From the NCBI GenBank assembly GCA_030247575.1, contig JAOTRV010000019.1, forward strand, positions 13,336-77,335: 64,000 nucleotides of DNA. Reading direction: 5' to 3'. Below are positions 37,378 to 47,738 of the stretch, one piece after another. This stretch comes from Sulfuritalea sp. (lineage in GTDB: Bacteria > Pseudomonadota > Gammaproteobacteria > Burkholderiales > Rhodocyclaceae). Position 1 is the first letter of the stretch. Each line of letters opens with the position of its first letter. The translations under genes were made by a program, and so were the position numbers. Below the pieces are notes generated by a model. That model was not told where the DNA came from. It worked only from the letters and a program-made list of their open reading frames with translations, and searched no databases.

Positions 37378-37695
37378 TCAGGCAATCGTGGCGACCGGCC
37401 GGCCCGCAGCCAGGATCGTGGCATGCAGATGCCCTACGCCGCGATCGCGTTCGTGATTGGCGAGAAGATCAAGTAGCAGCGCGTCGTCGAAGCGGAAGCT
37501 GCACAGCAGCATGTCCGAACTGGCCATTTTCAGAACCTGGCCCGGCGTGAGGCGCCCAAGCACATCGGCAATCTCGGCGCTGATGCCCAGACGGAAAATG
37601 GCGGCTTCGCGATCCGAGCGAACCATGTTCTGCGCCAGCATCAGATAGGAGAGATTGACTTCCTTTATGTCGTTGTAGGTGTCGGTCGATTTCAT
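37378..37695 (-). CDS. flhD: Flagellar master regulator FlhD
   Basis: 105 aa from MKSTDTYNDIKEVNLSYLMLAQ. It lies directly upstream of flhC. Confidence 0.85.
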   Translation of the reverse strand: MKSTDTYNDIKEVNLSYLMLAQNMVRSDREAAIFRLGISAEIADVLGRLTPGQVLKMASSDMLLCSFRFDDALLLDLLANHERDRGVGHLHATILAAGRPVATIA

Positions 37696-37826
37696 CTTGC
37701 ACTCCTTGTGAGCGCCGGTCGGACCCGAATTCGAGCCCAAATCACGGCGAATACATGATCACACAGGGCATGACAAGAAAGAAATCAGCGGAAAAACCAT
37801 TCTATTGTAAGAATTAGATAGAGCGT

Positions 37827-37851
37827 CTTTGTAAGAGAAAACATTACAAAG
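37827..37851. promoter_or_regulatory. Perfect inverted repeat CTTTGTAA-N9-TTACAAAG upstream of flhD
   Basis: Read directly from the sequence. It lies in the AT-rich 37696..37868 region, about 130-155 bp upstream of the flhD start. Confidence 0.35.
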
Positions 37852-37868
37852 GCAGGATAACAGGCTGT

Positions 37869-39593
37869 TTAATTGCTGTTTTCCGGACCCAAACCGGCCA
37901 GCAGCTTTACTCGCAGGGCATCGGCGCTTACCGGGTGTCCGAAGAAATAGCCTTGGCAACGGTCGCAGCCTTCGGCCTGCAGGAACCGGGCCTGCGCTTC
38001 GGTCTCGACGCCTTCGGCCACGGTGCCGAGCTTCAGCGATCGCGCCAGGGCGATGATGGCGCGGGTGATCGCCGCATCCTCGCCGCCGTGCGGCAGGTCG
38101 CGGACGAAGGACTTGTCGATTTTCAGCACGTCGATCGGCAGGCGCTTGAGGTAGGACAGCGAGGAATAGCCGGTGCCGAAATCATCGACGGAAATGCGCA
38201 GGCCCATGTTCTTCAGCGCCCGCAACATGCCCACCGCCGAACCGGCGTCGTGCATCAGCACCGATTCGGTGATTTCGAGTTGCAGCTTGCCCGGCGCGAA
38301 GCCGGATTCATGCAGAACGCGGCTGACCAGTTCCAGCGTCCGCGGCTGGGCGAACTGGACGGCGGATACGTTGACCGACAGGTAGATGTCGAAGCCGGCA
38401 TCCTGCCACAGGCGTCCCTGGCGGCAGGCCTCCTGCAGCACCCATTCGCCGATGCCGACGATGATCCCCGACTCGTCGGCGACGGGAATGAAATATTCCG
38501 GGCCGATCAGACCCCGTTCCGGATGCTGCCAGCGCAACAGCGCCTCGACGCCGACCAGTTTCCCGCTCGCCGCCTCGACGCAGGGTTGATACTCGATAAA
38601 CAGCTGATTGCGCTCGATGGCATGGCGCAAGTCGGCTTCCATCGCCAGGCGCTCTCCGGAATGGGCATTCATCACATGCTGGTAGTACTGAACGCCGTTG
38701 CCGCCGAGACGCTTGGCGTGCGTTACGGCCGTCTCGGCGTTCATCAGCAGTTCGTTGGCCTCGATGCCGTCGTTCGGCAGCATGGCGACACCGAGGCTGG
38801 CGGTGACGAAAAGCTCGATGCCGTCCTTGTCGAAGGGCGCATCGAAACAGGCGCGGATGTTGTGCACCACCTCATCGACCGTGCTGCGGCCGACCGGTCC
38901 CGGCAGAAACACCGCAAATGAATCGCCGGCAATCCGCGCCAGTACCGCCGAAGCCGGCAGGACCTTGCCCAGGCGGGCTGAAAACTGGCGCAGGATGTCG
39001 TTGCCGGCCTCGAAGCCGAACGAGGAATTGATCCGCAGGAAGCGGTCGAGGTCGAGGCCGATGACCGCGCCGCCGGGGGTCTTCCCCTCCTGCTGCGCCT
39101 GCGCCACGGCCTCTTGCACCTTGCTGCAGAACAGGGCGTGGTTGGGCAGGCTGGAGAGCGGATCGAACAGCGCCAGTTCGCGAATCCGGGTATCGGCCTG
39201 GCGTGCCACATGCCGCGCCGAAGCGTTCTTCAGTTCGCGCTCGATGACCGGAATGAGCCGGCTGTAGTTGCCCTTCTCGACATAATCCTGCACGCCGGCG
39301 TCCATCGCCGAAAACGCCAACTGATCGCTGATGCGGCCGGAATAGATGATGAACGGTACGTCCTTGCCCGAATGTTGGGCGACGGCCAGCGCCGAACCGG
39401 AATCGAAGCCCGGCATGTTGTGGTCGCAAAGAATCAGGTCCCAGTCTTCCTGCGCCAGCGCTACGGCCATGTCGTGCTTGGTGTCCACCCGCGCCCAGTT
39501 CAGCGACAAGCCGCGCGAACGCAGTTCGGAATACAGCAGGAAGGCTTCGTCCTCGGAATCCTCGACCATCAGCATGCGAATCGCGGCGCACAT
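37869..39593 (-). CDS. Response-regulator receiver + degenerate GGDEF + EAL phosphodiesterase
   Basis: 574 aa. REC domain (MVEDSEDE...DLILCDHNMPG), GGDEF site degenerated to AGDSF, and an intact EAL (EALLRWQHP, DDFGTGYSSL). Confidence 0.85.
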   Translation of the reverse strand: MCAAIRMLMVEDSEDEAFLLYSELRSRGLSLNWARVDTKHDMAVALAQEDWDLILCDHNMPGFDSGSALAVAQHSGKDVPFIIYSGRISDQLAFSAMDAGVQDYVEKGNYSRLIPVIERELKNASARHVARQADTRIRELALFDPLSSLPNHALFCSKVQEAVAQAQQEGKTPGGAVIGLDLDRFLRINSSFGFEAGNDILRQFSARLGKVLPASAVLARIAGDSFAVFLPGPVGRSTVDEVVHNIRACFDAPFDKDGIELFVTASLGVAMLPNDGIEANELLMNAETAVTHAKRLGGNGVQYYQHVMNAHSGERLAMEADLRHAIERNQLFIEYQPCVEAASGKLVGVEALLRWQHPERGLIGPEYFIPVADESGIIVGIGEWVLQEACRQGRLWQDAGFDIYLSVNVSAVQFAQPRTLELVSRVLHESGFAPGKLQLEITESVLMHDAGSAVGMLRALKNMGLRISVDDFGTGYSSLSYLKRLPIDVLKIDKSFVRDLPHGGEDAAITRAIIALARSLKLGTVAEGVETEAQARFLQAEGCDRCQGYFFGHPVSADALRVKLLAGLGPENSN

Positions 39594-39608
39594 GTCGGTT
39601 GGTCCCTA

Positions 39609-41834
39609 TCAGGCCGACATTGCCGAAACTGCCGGTCTGGACTGCACGGCGGCGACGGTGTTGCGCCGGCGCTTGGCGAGATAGACGCTCTGGTCGGCCA
39701 GCCGGATCAGGGCCTCCGGATCGGCCGTCGCGGCATCGCGCACGGCGACGCCTATGCTGACGCTGCCGCGCAGGCTCTCCGCGGCGGAAACGACGGGCAA
39801 GGTCTCGATCACGGCGCGCATGCGCTCGGCACACGCGAGCGCGGCTTCCAGCGTGGTGTCCGGACAGATCACCATGAACTCGTCGCCGCCGGTGCGGGCC
39901 AGCACGTCCTGCGCGCGCATCTCATCCTTGAGGGCGCTCGCCACGAGTTTCAGCATGGTGTCGCCGGCCGCATGGCCATGCATGTCGTTGACCAGCTTGA
40001 AGTCATCGATTTCGACGGCCATGCAGGCCAGCGGACGCAGGCTGCGCGTCGCCATCGCCCATTCCTGCTGAATGCGGTCCATCGCCGCGCGGTGATTCGG
40101 GCAGCCGGTCAGCATGTCGGTCATGCCCACCGCCTGCAATTGCTGGTTGGTCGCCGACAGCTCGGCGGAAATGCGCCGGATCTCTTCCTGATCGCGGGCG
40201 AGCTCCTCCTGCAGCCTGACCACGCGCTGACCGGCGCGCAGGCGTGCCGCCAGCACGCGCGGCTTGATCGGCATGACCAGGAAATCGTCCACCCCGGCCT
40301 CGAAGGCCTGGACCAGCGACTCGTCGTCGTCCGCCCCGCTCAGGAGATTGGTTCCGGTCAGCAACAGAATGTAGATGCCGCGCCCGACCTTGAACTGGCG
40401 CAGGCTGTCGGTCAGCTTGATGCCGTCCATGCCCCCGGGCTGCAAGTCGACCAGCATGACCTGGGGCAGCAGTTCGAGCGCCATGGCCAGGCCCTGCCGG
40501 CCATCGGCCGCCTCGGATACCGAATGTCCGACCGCCGTCAGTACTTCGCAAAGCTGCTTGCGCACCCGCTCCTGATCGCCGACCACCAGGATGCGCAGAC
40601 TCTTGCTGCTGCCTCCGTTCGGCGCGGGCTCCGCCTTCTCCGCCTTTTTTGGCGCTGCCGCGGGCTTTTCGAGGGCGGCCTCGACAGGCGGCAGCGGCAT
40701 GCGACGGCTTACGGCCTCCCTGGGCGGGGTAGCCTGTTTGGCGGCGGGAGCGGCCTCTTTCGCGGGGATCGCGGCCCTGGCCGGAGCACCCGCCACGACC
40801 GGCGCAGCCGCCTTGGCAGGAGCGGCCGCCACGGCGGGGACTGCCTGCTTCGCCGGAGCAGGCCTGACCGGCGGCGGGCGCGCGGTTTCCAGTTCTTCGG
40901 CAGAGACTTCCTCGAAGCGCGGCATGGGGCCGGTGTCGACCTCCATCGTCGGCCCCCATTCACGCCATTCGTGGGCGATGCGGTTGCAGATCGCGATCAG
41001 CGCGGGCGCGTCCAGACCCAGGCGGGCGCCCAGCTGGAACAGCCTCGGCATCAACCAGCGCCATTCCGCCTCGGGCGCCACGCAGATGTCGGCGACGCGG
41101 TCGGCCACGGCCAGCAAATGCCGCATCACGAACGCTTCGGAGCCCTTCTCCAGGGGCTGCTCCTCGCAGCCCTCGAACAGTTTGGCCGCCTCGATGCAAT
41201 CCTCGGGCAGGCCGCAGTCGACCAGCATCGACGCCGTCAGTTCGTCATGATTTGCGCCGAAGGCCTGCTGCTCGAGGTCGGCCAGGCGATTCGACGGCTC
41301 CTGGCGGCGGCGTTCGAGGATCTCCGCATACGGCTCCGGGAACACCTCGGCCAGCGCCAGTTCCCCCGTGCGGGCCAGCAGCCCGACACTGAAGGCCTCC
41401 TCGGACTCGCTGCGGTGGACTGCCCCGTTCAACAACTGCAGGCCGACGGCGCGCGCCATGGAATGCGACCAGAAGCGCGGGTAGTCGAATCCGCCGCACT
41501 TGCCGCTGCGATGGATCGACAACAGCGAGAATCCGAGGGCCAGCGCCCTGACCGCCGGAACGCCCAGCACGCTGACGGCGTCGCGCAGCGAAACCACCGG
41601 CGGCTTCTCGGTGCCGTTCGCGCCGTTGGCGACCTTGATCAACCTGACGGAGAAGATCGGATCGGCCTTCAAGGCATGCGCCAGCACACCCAGCGACGTG
41701 GATTCTCGCTGGGTCAGGCGGATCAGCGCCATCGCCGGCCCCTTGGCCACCGGGAAGTCCTCCATCGCCTTGATTTCCTGAATGCGATCAGGGGCGACGG
41801 AAGCAAACGTCAGGTCGAGTTTCTCATCGGTCAT
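39609..41834 (-). CDS. HDOD + receiver + GGDEF diguanylate cyclase
   Basis: 741 aa. N-terminal HDOD-like region, an Ala/Pro-rich linker, REC (ILVVGDQ...VDLQPGGMDG), a coiled coil, and an intact GGDEF (RTGGDEFMV). Confidence 0.85.
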   Translation of the reverse strand: MTDEKLDLTFASVAPDRIQEIKAMEDFPVAKGPAMALIRLTQRESTSLGVLAHALKADPIFSVRLIKVANGANGTEKPPVVSLRDAVSVLGVPAVRALALGFSLLSIHRSGKCGGFDYPRFWSHSMARAVGLQLLNGAVHRSESEEAFSVGLLARTGELALAEVFPEPYAEILERRRQEPSNRLADLEQQAFGANHDELTASMLVDCGLPEDCIEAAKLFEGCEEQPLEKGSEAFVMRHLLAVADRVADICVAPEAEWRWLMPRLFQLGARLGLDAPALIAICNRIAHEWREWGPTMEVDTGPMPRFEEVSAEELETARPPPVRPAPAKQAVPAVAAAPAKAAAPVVAGAPARAAIPAKEAAPAAKQATPPREAVSRRMPLPPVEAALEKPAAAPKKAEKAEPAPNGGSSKSLRILVVGDQERVRKQLCEVLTAVGHSVSEAADGRQGLAMALELLPQVMLVDLQPGGMDGIKLTDSLRQFKVGRGIYILLLTGTNLLSGADDDESLVQAFEAGVDDFLVMPIKPRVLAARLRAGQRVVRLQEELARDQEEIRRISAELSATNQQLQAVGMTDMLTGCPNHRAAMDRIQQEWAMATRSLRPLACMAVEIDDFKLVNDMHGHAAGDTMLKLVASALKDEMRAQDVLARTGGDEFMVICPDTTLEAALACAERMRAVIETLPVVSAAESLRGSVSIGVAVRDAATADPEALIRLADQSVYLAKRRRNTVAAVQSRPAVSAMSA

Positions 41835-41908
41835 CCCGCGACTTATATCACATCACCCTGCGGCTGCGGGCGATGCCGGAATGGCCGTTCGGCAAGCTAC
41901 AATAAATC

Positions 41909-42481
41909 ATGGATCCGGCGATGAATTTTTGCAGTGTCTGCGGCGCACCCGTCATATTGAAGATTCCCGCGGGGGACTCCCTGCCGCGCCACGTCTGCGA
42001 TGCCTGCGGCGCGATTCATTACCGCAATCCGCGCCTGGTGGTCGGCGCCCTGCCGGAATGGGAAGACCGCATCCTGCTTTGCCGGCGCGCCATCGAGCCG
42101 CGCCACGGCAAATGGACGCTGCCGGCCGGCTTCATGGAAAACGGCGAAACCGTCGGCGAGGCGGCGCTGCGCGAAACGCTGGAAGAGGCCTGCGCGCGGA
42201 TCGAGCTGGGCGACATGTACACGATGATCAGCGTGCCGCAGATTCATCAGGTGCATGTGATCTACCGCTCGCGGCTGCTGGATCTCGACTTCGCCCCCGG
42301 CATCGAAACCCTCGAACTGCGGCTGTTCGGCGAGGACGAGATACCGTGGGACGAAATCGCCTTTCGCACCATCGCCATCACCCTGAGGCATTACTTCGCC
42401 GATCGCCGTGCCGGCGAATACCGTTTCCGCGCCGAAAACCTGACGGCGCCGCCCAAGCCGGCTACTGCTCATCGAGACTGA
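41909..42481 (+). CDS. Nudix hydrolase with N-terminal zinc ribbon
   Basis: 190 aa with CSVCG...CDACG and the Nudix box GFMENGETVGEAALRETLEEA. Confidence 0.85.
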   Translation: MDPAMNFCSVCGAPVILKIPAGDSLPRHVCDACGAIHYRNPRLVVGALPEWEDRILLCRRAIEPRHGKWTLPAGFMENGETVGEAALRETLEEACARIELGDMYTMISVPQIHQVHVIYRSRLLDLDFAPGIETLELRLFGEDEIPWDEIAFRTIAITLRHYFADRRAGEYRFRAENLTAPPKPATAHRD

Positions 42482-43247
42482 AGAATACCGGCAGCACCAC
42501 GGCGAAGGCCTTGCCGCGCAGACTTTCGGGCAGGCGCGCGCGCAGGGCGCCGGCATCGATCATGGCCAGCGCCGCGCGATCCAGCGGTTCGTGACCGCTG
42601 GAGCGGGCGACCGTGGCGGCCCGCGGCCGGCCGTCGCTGCCGACTTCGACGCGGATATCGGCGCTTCCCTCCCAGCCTGAGGCCATCGCCTGTGCCGGAT
42701 AGCGCTTGAAGCGTCGCGCCTGGACGGCGACCGCCATCCGGTAGGTACGCAGGCTATCCACCGTTTCTCCGGTCGCGCTGGTTTCCGTCAGCAGCACGCC
42801 GCTGGTCGATCCGGCGGGTCCGGCCGGCGCCGAAGGCGCTGCCGCAGCGGGCGCCGCGGCGGGGCCGGTGGCGGGCTTCGCGACCGCTTCGGCCGGCGCG
42901 GCGGGCGCTTGCGGAACCGGAACCGGCTTGGCCTGCTCTGAGGAACTGGGCGCTGGTTTAGCCACTTGGGGCACGCTGGGCACCGGAGCCTTCGCCGGCG
43001 CCGGCAGCGGAGCGGGTGCAGGAGTCGACGCCGGCGCTACGGCGCGTGGCGGCACTTTGGCCGGTGCAGGCTCCGCCGGCAGCGGCGAGCGCAAGGTTGC
43101 ATGGAGCACGGAAGGCGTATCCTTCGTCAGCACGCGCGGCGGGCCGGACCAGAACATCGCCAGAACGTGAATCAGCAGCGAAGCGACAAGTGCATGACGC
43201 AGCCGTCGATACGCCAATTCCCTCTCGTTCAAGCTATGAAAAGTCAT
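42462..43247 (-). CDS. TonB-family energy transducer
   Basis: 261 aa with an N-terminal TM, a long Pro/Ala-rich spacer and a C-terminal TonB_C-like domain (YPAQAMASGWEGSADIRVEV). Confidence 0.72.
   Translation of the reverse strand: MTFHSLNERELAYRRLRHALVASLLIHVLAMFWSGPPRVLTKDTPSVLHATLRSPLPAEPAPAKVPPRAVAPASTPAPAPLPAPAKAPVPSVPQVAKPAPSSSEQAKPVPVPQAPAAPAEAVAKPATGPAAAPAAAAPSAPAGPAGSTSGVLLTETSATGETVDSLRTYRMAVAVQARRFKRYPAQAMASGWEGSADIRVEVGSDGRPRAATVARSSGHEPLDRAALAMIDAGALRARLPESLRGKAFAVVLPVFFSLDEQ
43024..43044 (+). repeat. Interspersed motif, copy J (GTCGACGCCGGCGCTACGGCG)
   Basis: Inside the TonB-like Pro/Ala linker, antisense to the gene. It encodes AVAPAST. Confidence 0.65.
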
Positions 43248-43288
43248 TCCGCTCTGCTAAATTCTCGCCAATACAGGATTCTATAGAG

Positions 43289-43864
43289 ATGAGTAGCCAT
43301 CCGCTGATCCTTACCCTCGACCAGCACGGCGTTCCGCACCGCTGGGTGAGCTGGCAGCATGCCTGCATATACGTCGCGCGCGATCTGGTCGCGTGGGACG
43401 CGGGCGATACTCATTTTGTTTTCTACGGCGGCACCAACCGCGTTACCGGCGAACGTTCCGCCCTGGCCACCAGCAGCATCATCGCGATCCGCGGCAAGGC
43501 CCTCTCGGGCAAGTCCCTGCATCCGACGCCACCGCTGTCCAACCGCGAACTGTTCCACCGCGACCGGCACATCTGCGCCTACTGCGCGCGCGAGTTCGCC
43601 TCGCAGCGGCTCACCCGCGACCACATCCTGCCGGTTTCGCAGGGCGGGCGCGACACTTGGATGAACGTGGTCACCGCCTGCCGTCACTGCAACCAGACCA
43701 AGAGCGGGCGCACCCCGGAACAGGCGCGCATGGAACTGGTCTATGCGCCCTACGTGCCGAACAAGGCGGAATACCTGATCCTCTGCAACCGGAACATCCT
43801 CGCCGACCAGATGGATTTTCTGGCCCGTCACGTTCCTTCCCAAAGCCGCGTCCGCGCGGCCTGA
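43289..43864 (+). CDS. HNH endonuclease
   Basis: 191 aa with CAYCAREF...[26 protein letters not shown]. Confidence 0.8.
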   Translation: MSSHPLILTLDQHGVPHRWVSWQHACIYVARDLVAWDAGDTHFVFYGGTNRVTGERSALATSSIIAIRGKALSGKSLHPTPPLSNRELFHRDRHICAYCAREFASQRLTRDHILPVSQGGRDTWMNVVTACRHCNQTKSGRTPEQARMELVYAPYVPNKAEYLILCNRNILADQMDFLARHVPSQSRVRAA

Positions 43865-43874
43865 TTCTCCCGCA

Positions 43875-46154
43875 ATGGCCATCACCACCGTAGCGGCCAA
43901 GCCGCTCACTTCCTATCGCAAGTACTGGGCGCTGCGCTTCGGCGTCGCGCCTTTCCTGCCCATGTCGCGCGCCGAAATGGACAAACTGGGATGGGACGAA
44001 TGCGACATCATCCTCGTCACCGGCGACGCCTATATCGACCATCCCAGCTTCGGCATGGCGCTGGTGGCCCGGCTGCTCGAAGCGCAGGGCTTTCGCGTCG
44101 GCCTGATCAGCCAGCCGGACTGGCACTCGTCAGATGATTTCAAGCGCCTGGGCAAGCCCAAGCTGTTCTTCGGCATCACCGCCGGCAACATGGATTCGAT
44201 GGTCAATCGCTACACCTCGGATCGCAAGATCCGCTCCGACGACGCCTACACACCCGGCGCCGCGCCGGACCGCCGCCCCGACCGCGCCGTGATCGTCTAT
44301 TCGCAGCGCGCCCGCGAAGCCTTCCCCGACGTGCCGCTGGTGATCGGCGGCATCGAGGCCAGCCTGCGCCGCATTGCGCACTACGACTACTGGTCGGACA
44401 AGGTGCGGCGCTCGATCCTGCCGCACTCGAAAGCCGACCTGCTGCTGTTCGGCAATGCCGAACGGGCGCTGGTCGACCTCGCCCACCGGCTGGCCCATGG
44501 CGAGAAGATCGCCGACATCCGCGACCTGCGCGGCACCGCCTTCATGGTGCCGCACGGCTGGCTGCCGGGGCCGGAGTGGGCCGAAGCGGATTCGACGACG
44601 GTGGATACGCCGGGGGCCGTGCATCCCCATCCCGACCCCTACGCCATGGAAGCCGACAAGCAGACCCCGAAAGTCGGTGCTGGCGACACGGCGGTCGTGC
44701 GCGTCGTCAGTCGCGCCGAACGGCTCGCGGCAACCAAGGAAGCACGCGCTCACACCGCGATTCGCCTGCCATCGTATGAGCAGGTGCGCGACGACCCGGT
44801 GCTCTACGCCCACGCCTCGCGTACCTTTCATCTCGAATCCAATCCCGGCAATGCGCGCGCGCTGATCCAGGCCCACGGCGAGGGCGCCAGCCGGCGCGAC
44901 CTATGGCTCAATCCGCCGCCGATTCCGCTGACCACCGAGGAGATGGACCACGTCTTCGGCCTGCCCTATGCCCGGGCGCCGCATCCGAGTTATGGCGACG
45001 CGAAAATTCCGGCCTGGGAGATGATCCGCTTCTCGATCAACATCATGCGCGGCTGCTTCGGCGGCTGTACCTTCTGCTCGATTACCGAACATGAAGGCCG
45101 CATCATCCAGAGCCGCTCGGAAGCCTCGATCCTGCACGAGATCGAGGAAATCCGCGACAAGACGCCCGGCTTCACCGGCGTGATTTCCGACCTCGGCGGG
45201 CCGACCGCCAACATGTACCGCATGGCCTGCAAGGACCCGCAGATCGAGTCCTCCTGCCGCCGCCTGTCCTGCGTCTATCCCGGCATCTGCGAAAACCTCG
45301 GCACCGACCACGCGCCGCTGATCTCGGTCTACCGCAAGGCACGCGCCCTGCCCGGCATCAAGAAGATCCTGATCAGCTCCGGCCTGCGCTATGACCTCGC
45401 GGTGCGCTCGCCCGAATACGTCAAGGAACTGGTGACCCACCATGTCGGCGGCTACCTGAAGATCGCGCCCGAGCACACCCAGGAAGGCCCGCTGTCGAAA
45501 ATGATGAAGCCGGGCATCGGCGCCTACGAACGCTTCAAGCAGATGTTCGACAAGTTCTCCAAGGAAGCCGGCAAGGAGCAGTACCTGATTCCCTACTTCA
45601 TCGCCGCGCATCCCGGCACCACCGATGAAGACATGCTGGAGCTGGCGCTGTGGCTGAAGAAGAACGGCTTCCGCCTCGACCAGGTGCAGACCTTCCTGCC
45701 GACGCCGCTGGCCATTGCCACGGCGATGTGGCACACGGAGAAAAATCCGCTGCGCAAGGTCACGACGGATTCGGAAGGCGTTGCCGTGGTGCGCGGCGGA
45801 CGCCAGCGCAAACTGCACAAGGCCTTCCTGCGTTATCACGATCCGGAAAACTGGCCCCTGCTGCGCGAAGCCTTGAAAGCCATGGGCCGCGCCGACCTGA
45901 TCGGGCCGGGCAAGCGCCACCTGATTCCGCCCTGGCAGCCGGCCGGCACGGGGACTTCGTCGTTGCCGCACCGCCAAACGACCCACGCCGGCAAGCGCCC
46001 GCAGAAGTTATGCAAAGCGGTATCCCCTGGTGGGACGGCGCCGGCGACACGGCGAACCACGCCTGCCGCGCCGGCCAAACCCGGCAAAGCCCCGCCGGCG
46101 CGCCGCCATCCGGACGTGCCGCGGCATCCGCTATCGCGCCGCAAGGGCGGCTGA
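43875..46154 (+). CDS. ygiQ: YgiQ-family radical SAM protein (UPF0313)
   Basis: 759 aa with the radical-SAM cluster motif CFGGCTFCS, YgiQ-type N- and C-terminal regions, and a basic Pro/Arg-rich tail. Confidence 0.9.
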   Translation: MAITTVAAKPLTSYRKYWALRFGVAPFLPMSRAEMDKLGWDECDIILVTGDAYIDHPSFGMALVARLLEAQGFRVGLISQPDWHSSDDFKRLGKPKLFFGITAGNMDSMVNRYTSDRKIRSDDAYTPGAAPDRRPDRAVIVYSQRAREAFPDVPLVIGGIEASLRRIAHYDYWSDKVRRSILPHSKADLLLFGNAERALVDLAHRLAHGEKIADIRDLRGTAFMVPHGWLPGPEWAEADSTTVDTPGAVHPHPDPYAMEADKQTPKVGAGDTAVVRVVSRAERLAATKEARAHTAIRLPSYEQVRDDPVLYAHASRTFHLESNPGNARALIQAHGEGASRRDLWLNPPPIPLTTEEMDHVFGLPYARAPHPSYGDAKIPAWEMIRFSINIMRGCFGGCTFCSITEHEGRIIQSRSEASILHEIEEIRDKTPGFTGVISDLGGPTANMYRMACKDPQIESSCRRLSCVYPGICENLGTDHAPLISVYRKARALPGIKKILISSGLRYDLAVRSPEYVKELVTHHVGGYLKIAPEHTQEGPLSKMMKPGIGAYERFKQMFDKFSKEAGKEQYLIPYFIAAHPGTTDEDMLELALWLKKNGFRLDQVQTFLPTPLAIATAMWHTEKNPLRKVTTDSEGVAVVRGGRQRKLHKAFLRYHDPENWPLLREALKAMGRADLIGPGKRHLIPPWQPAGTGTSSLPHRQTTHAGKRPQKLCKAVSPGGTAPATRRTTPAAPAKPGKAPPARRHPDVPRHPLSRRKGG
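44673..44693 (+). repeat. Interspersed motif, copy K (GTCGGTGCTGGCGACACGGCG)
   Basis: Inside ygiQ on the sense strand. It encodes VGAGDTA. Confidence 0.75.
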
Positions 46155-46203
46155 GCGCAGAATAATCAGGGGAAATTGGGGTAGCTAGGGAGCAGGTAGA
46201 ATC

Positions 46204-46219
46204 GGGTGGCGGGAGGGTG
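46204..46219. repeat. Putative distal att core (GGGTGGCGGGAGGGTG)
   Basis: Matches 56136..56152 (GGGTGGCGGAGAGGGTG, the tRNA-Ser 3' end) with a single 1-nt gap. Confidence 0.45.
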
Positions 46220-46282
46220 TCTGTCACATTATGGCTTGAAAGCCGCGCCATCACTAGGCTTCTGCATAGCTTGATATTGCAG

Positions 46283-46302
46283 TTACCACGTTTCTTACCA
46301 CG
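46283..46302 (+). promoter_or_regulatory. Two TTACCACG repeats (candidate integrase arm-type sites, distal end)
   Basis: TTACCACG occurs at 46283..46290 and 46295..46302. The same octamer is found near the integrase start. Confidence 0.45.
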
Positions 46303-46717
46303 ATTTAGCGCGCGCTACCCCCTGTTTTGATGTTGTGGCGCAGGATCAACAGATCGGCACGGCCGGACCGGTGTTTCCTTTCCACCCAGCGCGCAGCGCC
46401 TGAATAAACAGCCGCAGCGAAGCAAGCCAGCATAGCCATTGTCCGGGCCGGGGCGCGAGACATAACCGACCATTACACGAACCCGCAGGGCGCGGCAGCG
46501 GCAGGCCATCAAGCGAAGCCCAGCGCAGCGGCTGGCCTGCTTTGTGTAATGCGCGGTTATGTTCAATCGCTTGCGATTTACCCCGGCCCGGCCGCGTGCC
46601 ATGCGCGCAGGGCGCGGTCATCGAGCTTTCCCCGGCGTAGCTGCCTGCGCCGTGGGCAGCCCTACCGCCGACGGCGCAGGCAGCGGACAGGACGCGCCCA
46701 TGCTGGCCAGGGCAATA

Positions 46718-46738
46718 GTCGGCGCTGGCGGGACGGCG
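46718..46738 (+). repeat. Interspersed motif, copy L (GTCGGCGCTGGCGGGACGGCG, consensus)
   Basis: In the non-coding arm of the integrative element. Confidence 0.85.
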
Positions 46739-46910
46739 ATCGCCAAAGGCACGAAGCCGTGACGCGGCCTTATCGCGTGACGGCGCGGCGCAGCAGGCGA
46801 GGCGGTAGCGATGGCGCGGGGCTTGCGGGTTTATTGCAAGCGCCGTGACTGAGCGGGCAGAGCACCCGACCGCCTAGCATTGGATCGCGCTCGCGTCGTC
46901 GGCTACGGCG

Positions 46911-47012
46911 ATCCGGCCGGCGTTGCCTTGGTGCAAGCGTTCGCAGAAATCCGCCACCCGGTGAGGGTGCGCCGGGGCGCACCTTCGCGCCAGAAATCGA
47001 GGGGCACGGACG
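46911..47012 (+). repeat. About 100-bp direct repeat, copy 1 (contains the 18-bp palindrome GGTGCGCCGGGGCGCACC flanked by CAGAAATC)
   Basis: Near-identical by eye to 47180..47280. Confidence 0.8.
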
Positions 47013-47179
47013 CGGACGCGGGCGATCGGTCGCCATTGGCGGCCGGGTTGATCGCCGCCGCTCGATCCAAGCGCGATCCGCAGGCCTCGCGCCTGGTAGC
47101 GGATGGCCGGCCCATGTGCCCAGCTTCCACCAGGGCGAAGCGTAGCGACGGGGACCGCCATTGCCGGCGAGCGGTGGCA

Positions 47180-47280
47180 ATCCGGCCGGCGTTGCGTGGT
47201 GCAGACGTTCGCAGAAATCCGCCACCCGGTGAGGGTGCGCCGGGGCGCACCTTCGCGCCAGAAATCGAGGGGGACGGACG
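47180..47280 (+). repeat. About 100-bp direct repeat, copy 2
   Basis: Near-identical by eye to 46911..47012. The period is about 269 bp. Confidence 0.8.
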
Positions 47281-47340
47281 GGGGCGCGGGTGAGGGTCTG
47301 CACCCGTCCAGGTGGAAAACCGGGGCACACTTTCCGCCCG

Positions 47341-47460
47341 GAAACCGGGGATATCCCCATCATCCGGGGTGCACTTTCGTCATTACCGGGGATCGCTAGA
47401 GCAAGTCATACCAAGGGTTCCCGCGATCAATCCCCGGAATCCCCGGTATCCCCGGTTCAA
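47341..47460 (+). repeat. 120-bp inverted-repeat arm L, carrying ATCCCCGG/CCGGGGAT octamer iterons (a triple tandem at the inner end)
   Basis: The reverse complement of 48027..48145 aligns along the full length (about 85% by eye, with the last 39 nt identical). Confidence 0.85.
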
Positions 47461-47738
47461 TTTTGGGGGATGGACTTGAGGCGGCAAAATCCCCGGTCCC
47501 TATATGTCTGACTTGATGGCTCTATTTATTCCAACAACATAGAGAGGTTTCCTGCTGCAGGGAGCTTGACCCTACCCCCCCCTCGGAAACCTCCGCTCAC
47601 AAAAATTTGATTAAGCGCCCGGTCCTGCGCTATGACGCTGTAGAGATTTTCCACCCCCACCCCTATGCGAAGTGCGGGTGTGCGCACGCAGTTAAGCGCC
47701 CGGTCTAGCACCATCGCAGCCCAGGGATTTACCCCCCC

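Noticed and set aside
46315-47511. ORFs 46315..46602, 46346..46621, 46770..47363, 46903..47328, 46880..47293, 47103..47399 and 47290..47511 as protein-coding genes
   Set aside because: They are built from the direct or inverted repeat units. Their mutual similarity is explained by DNA repetition. They overlap each other in several frames and have no start context or domains.
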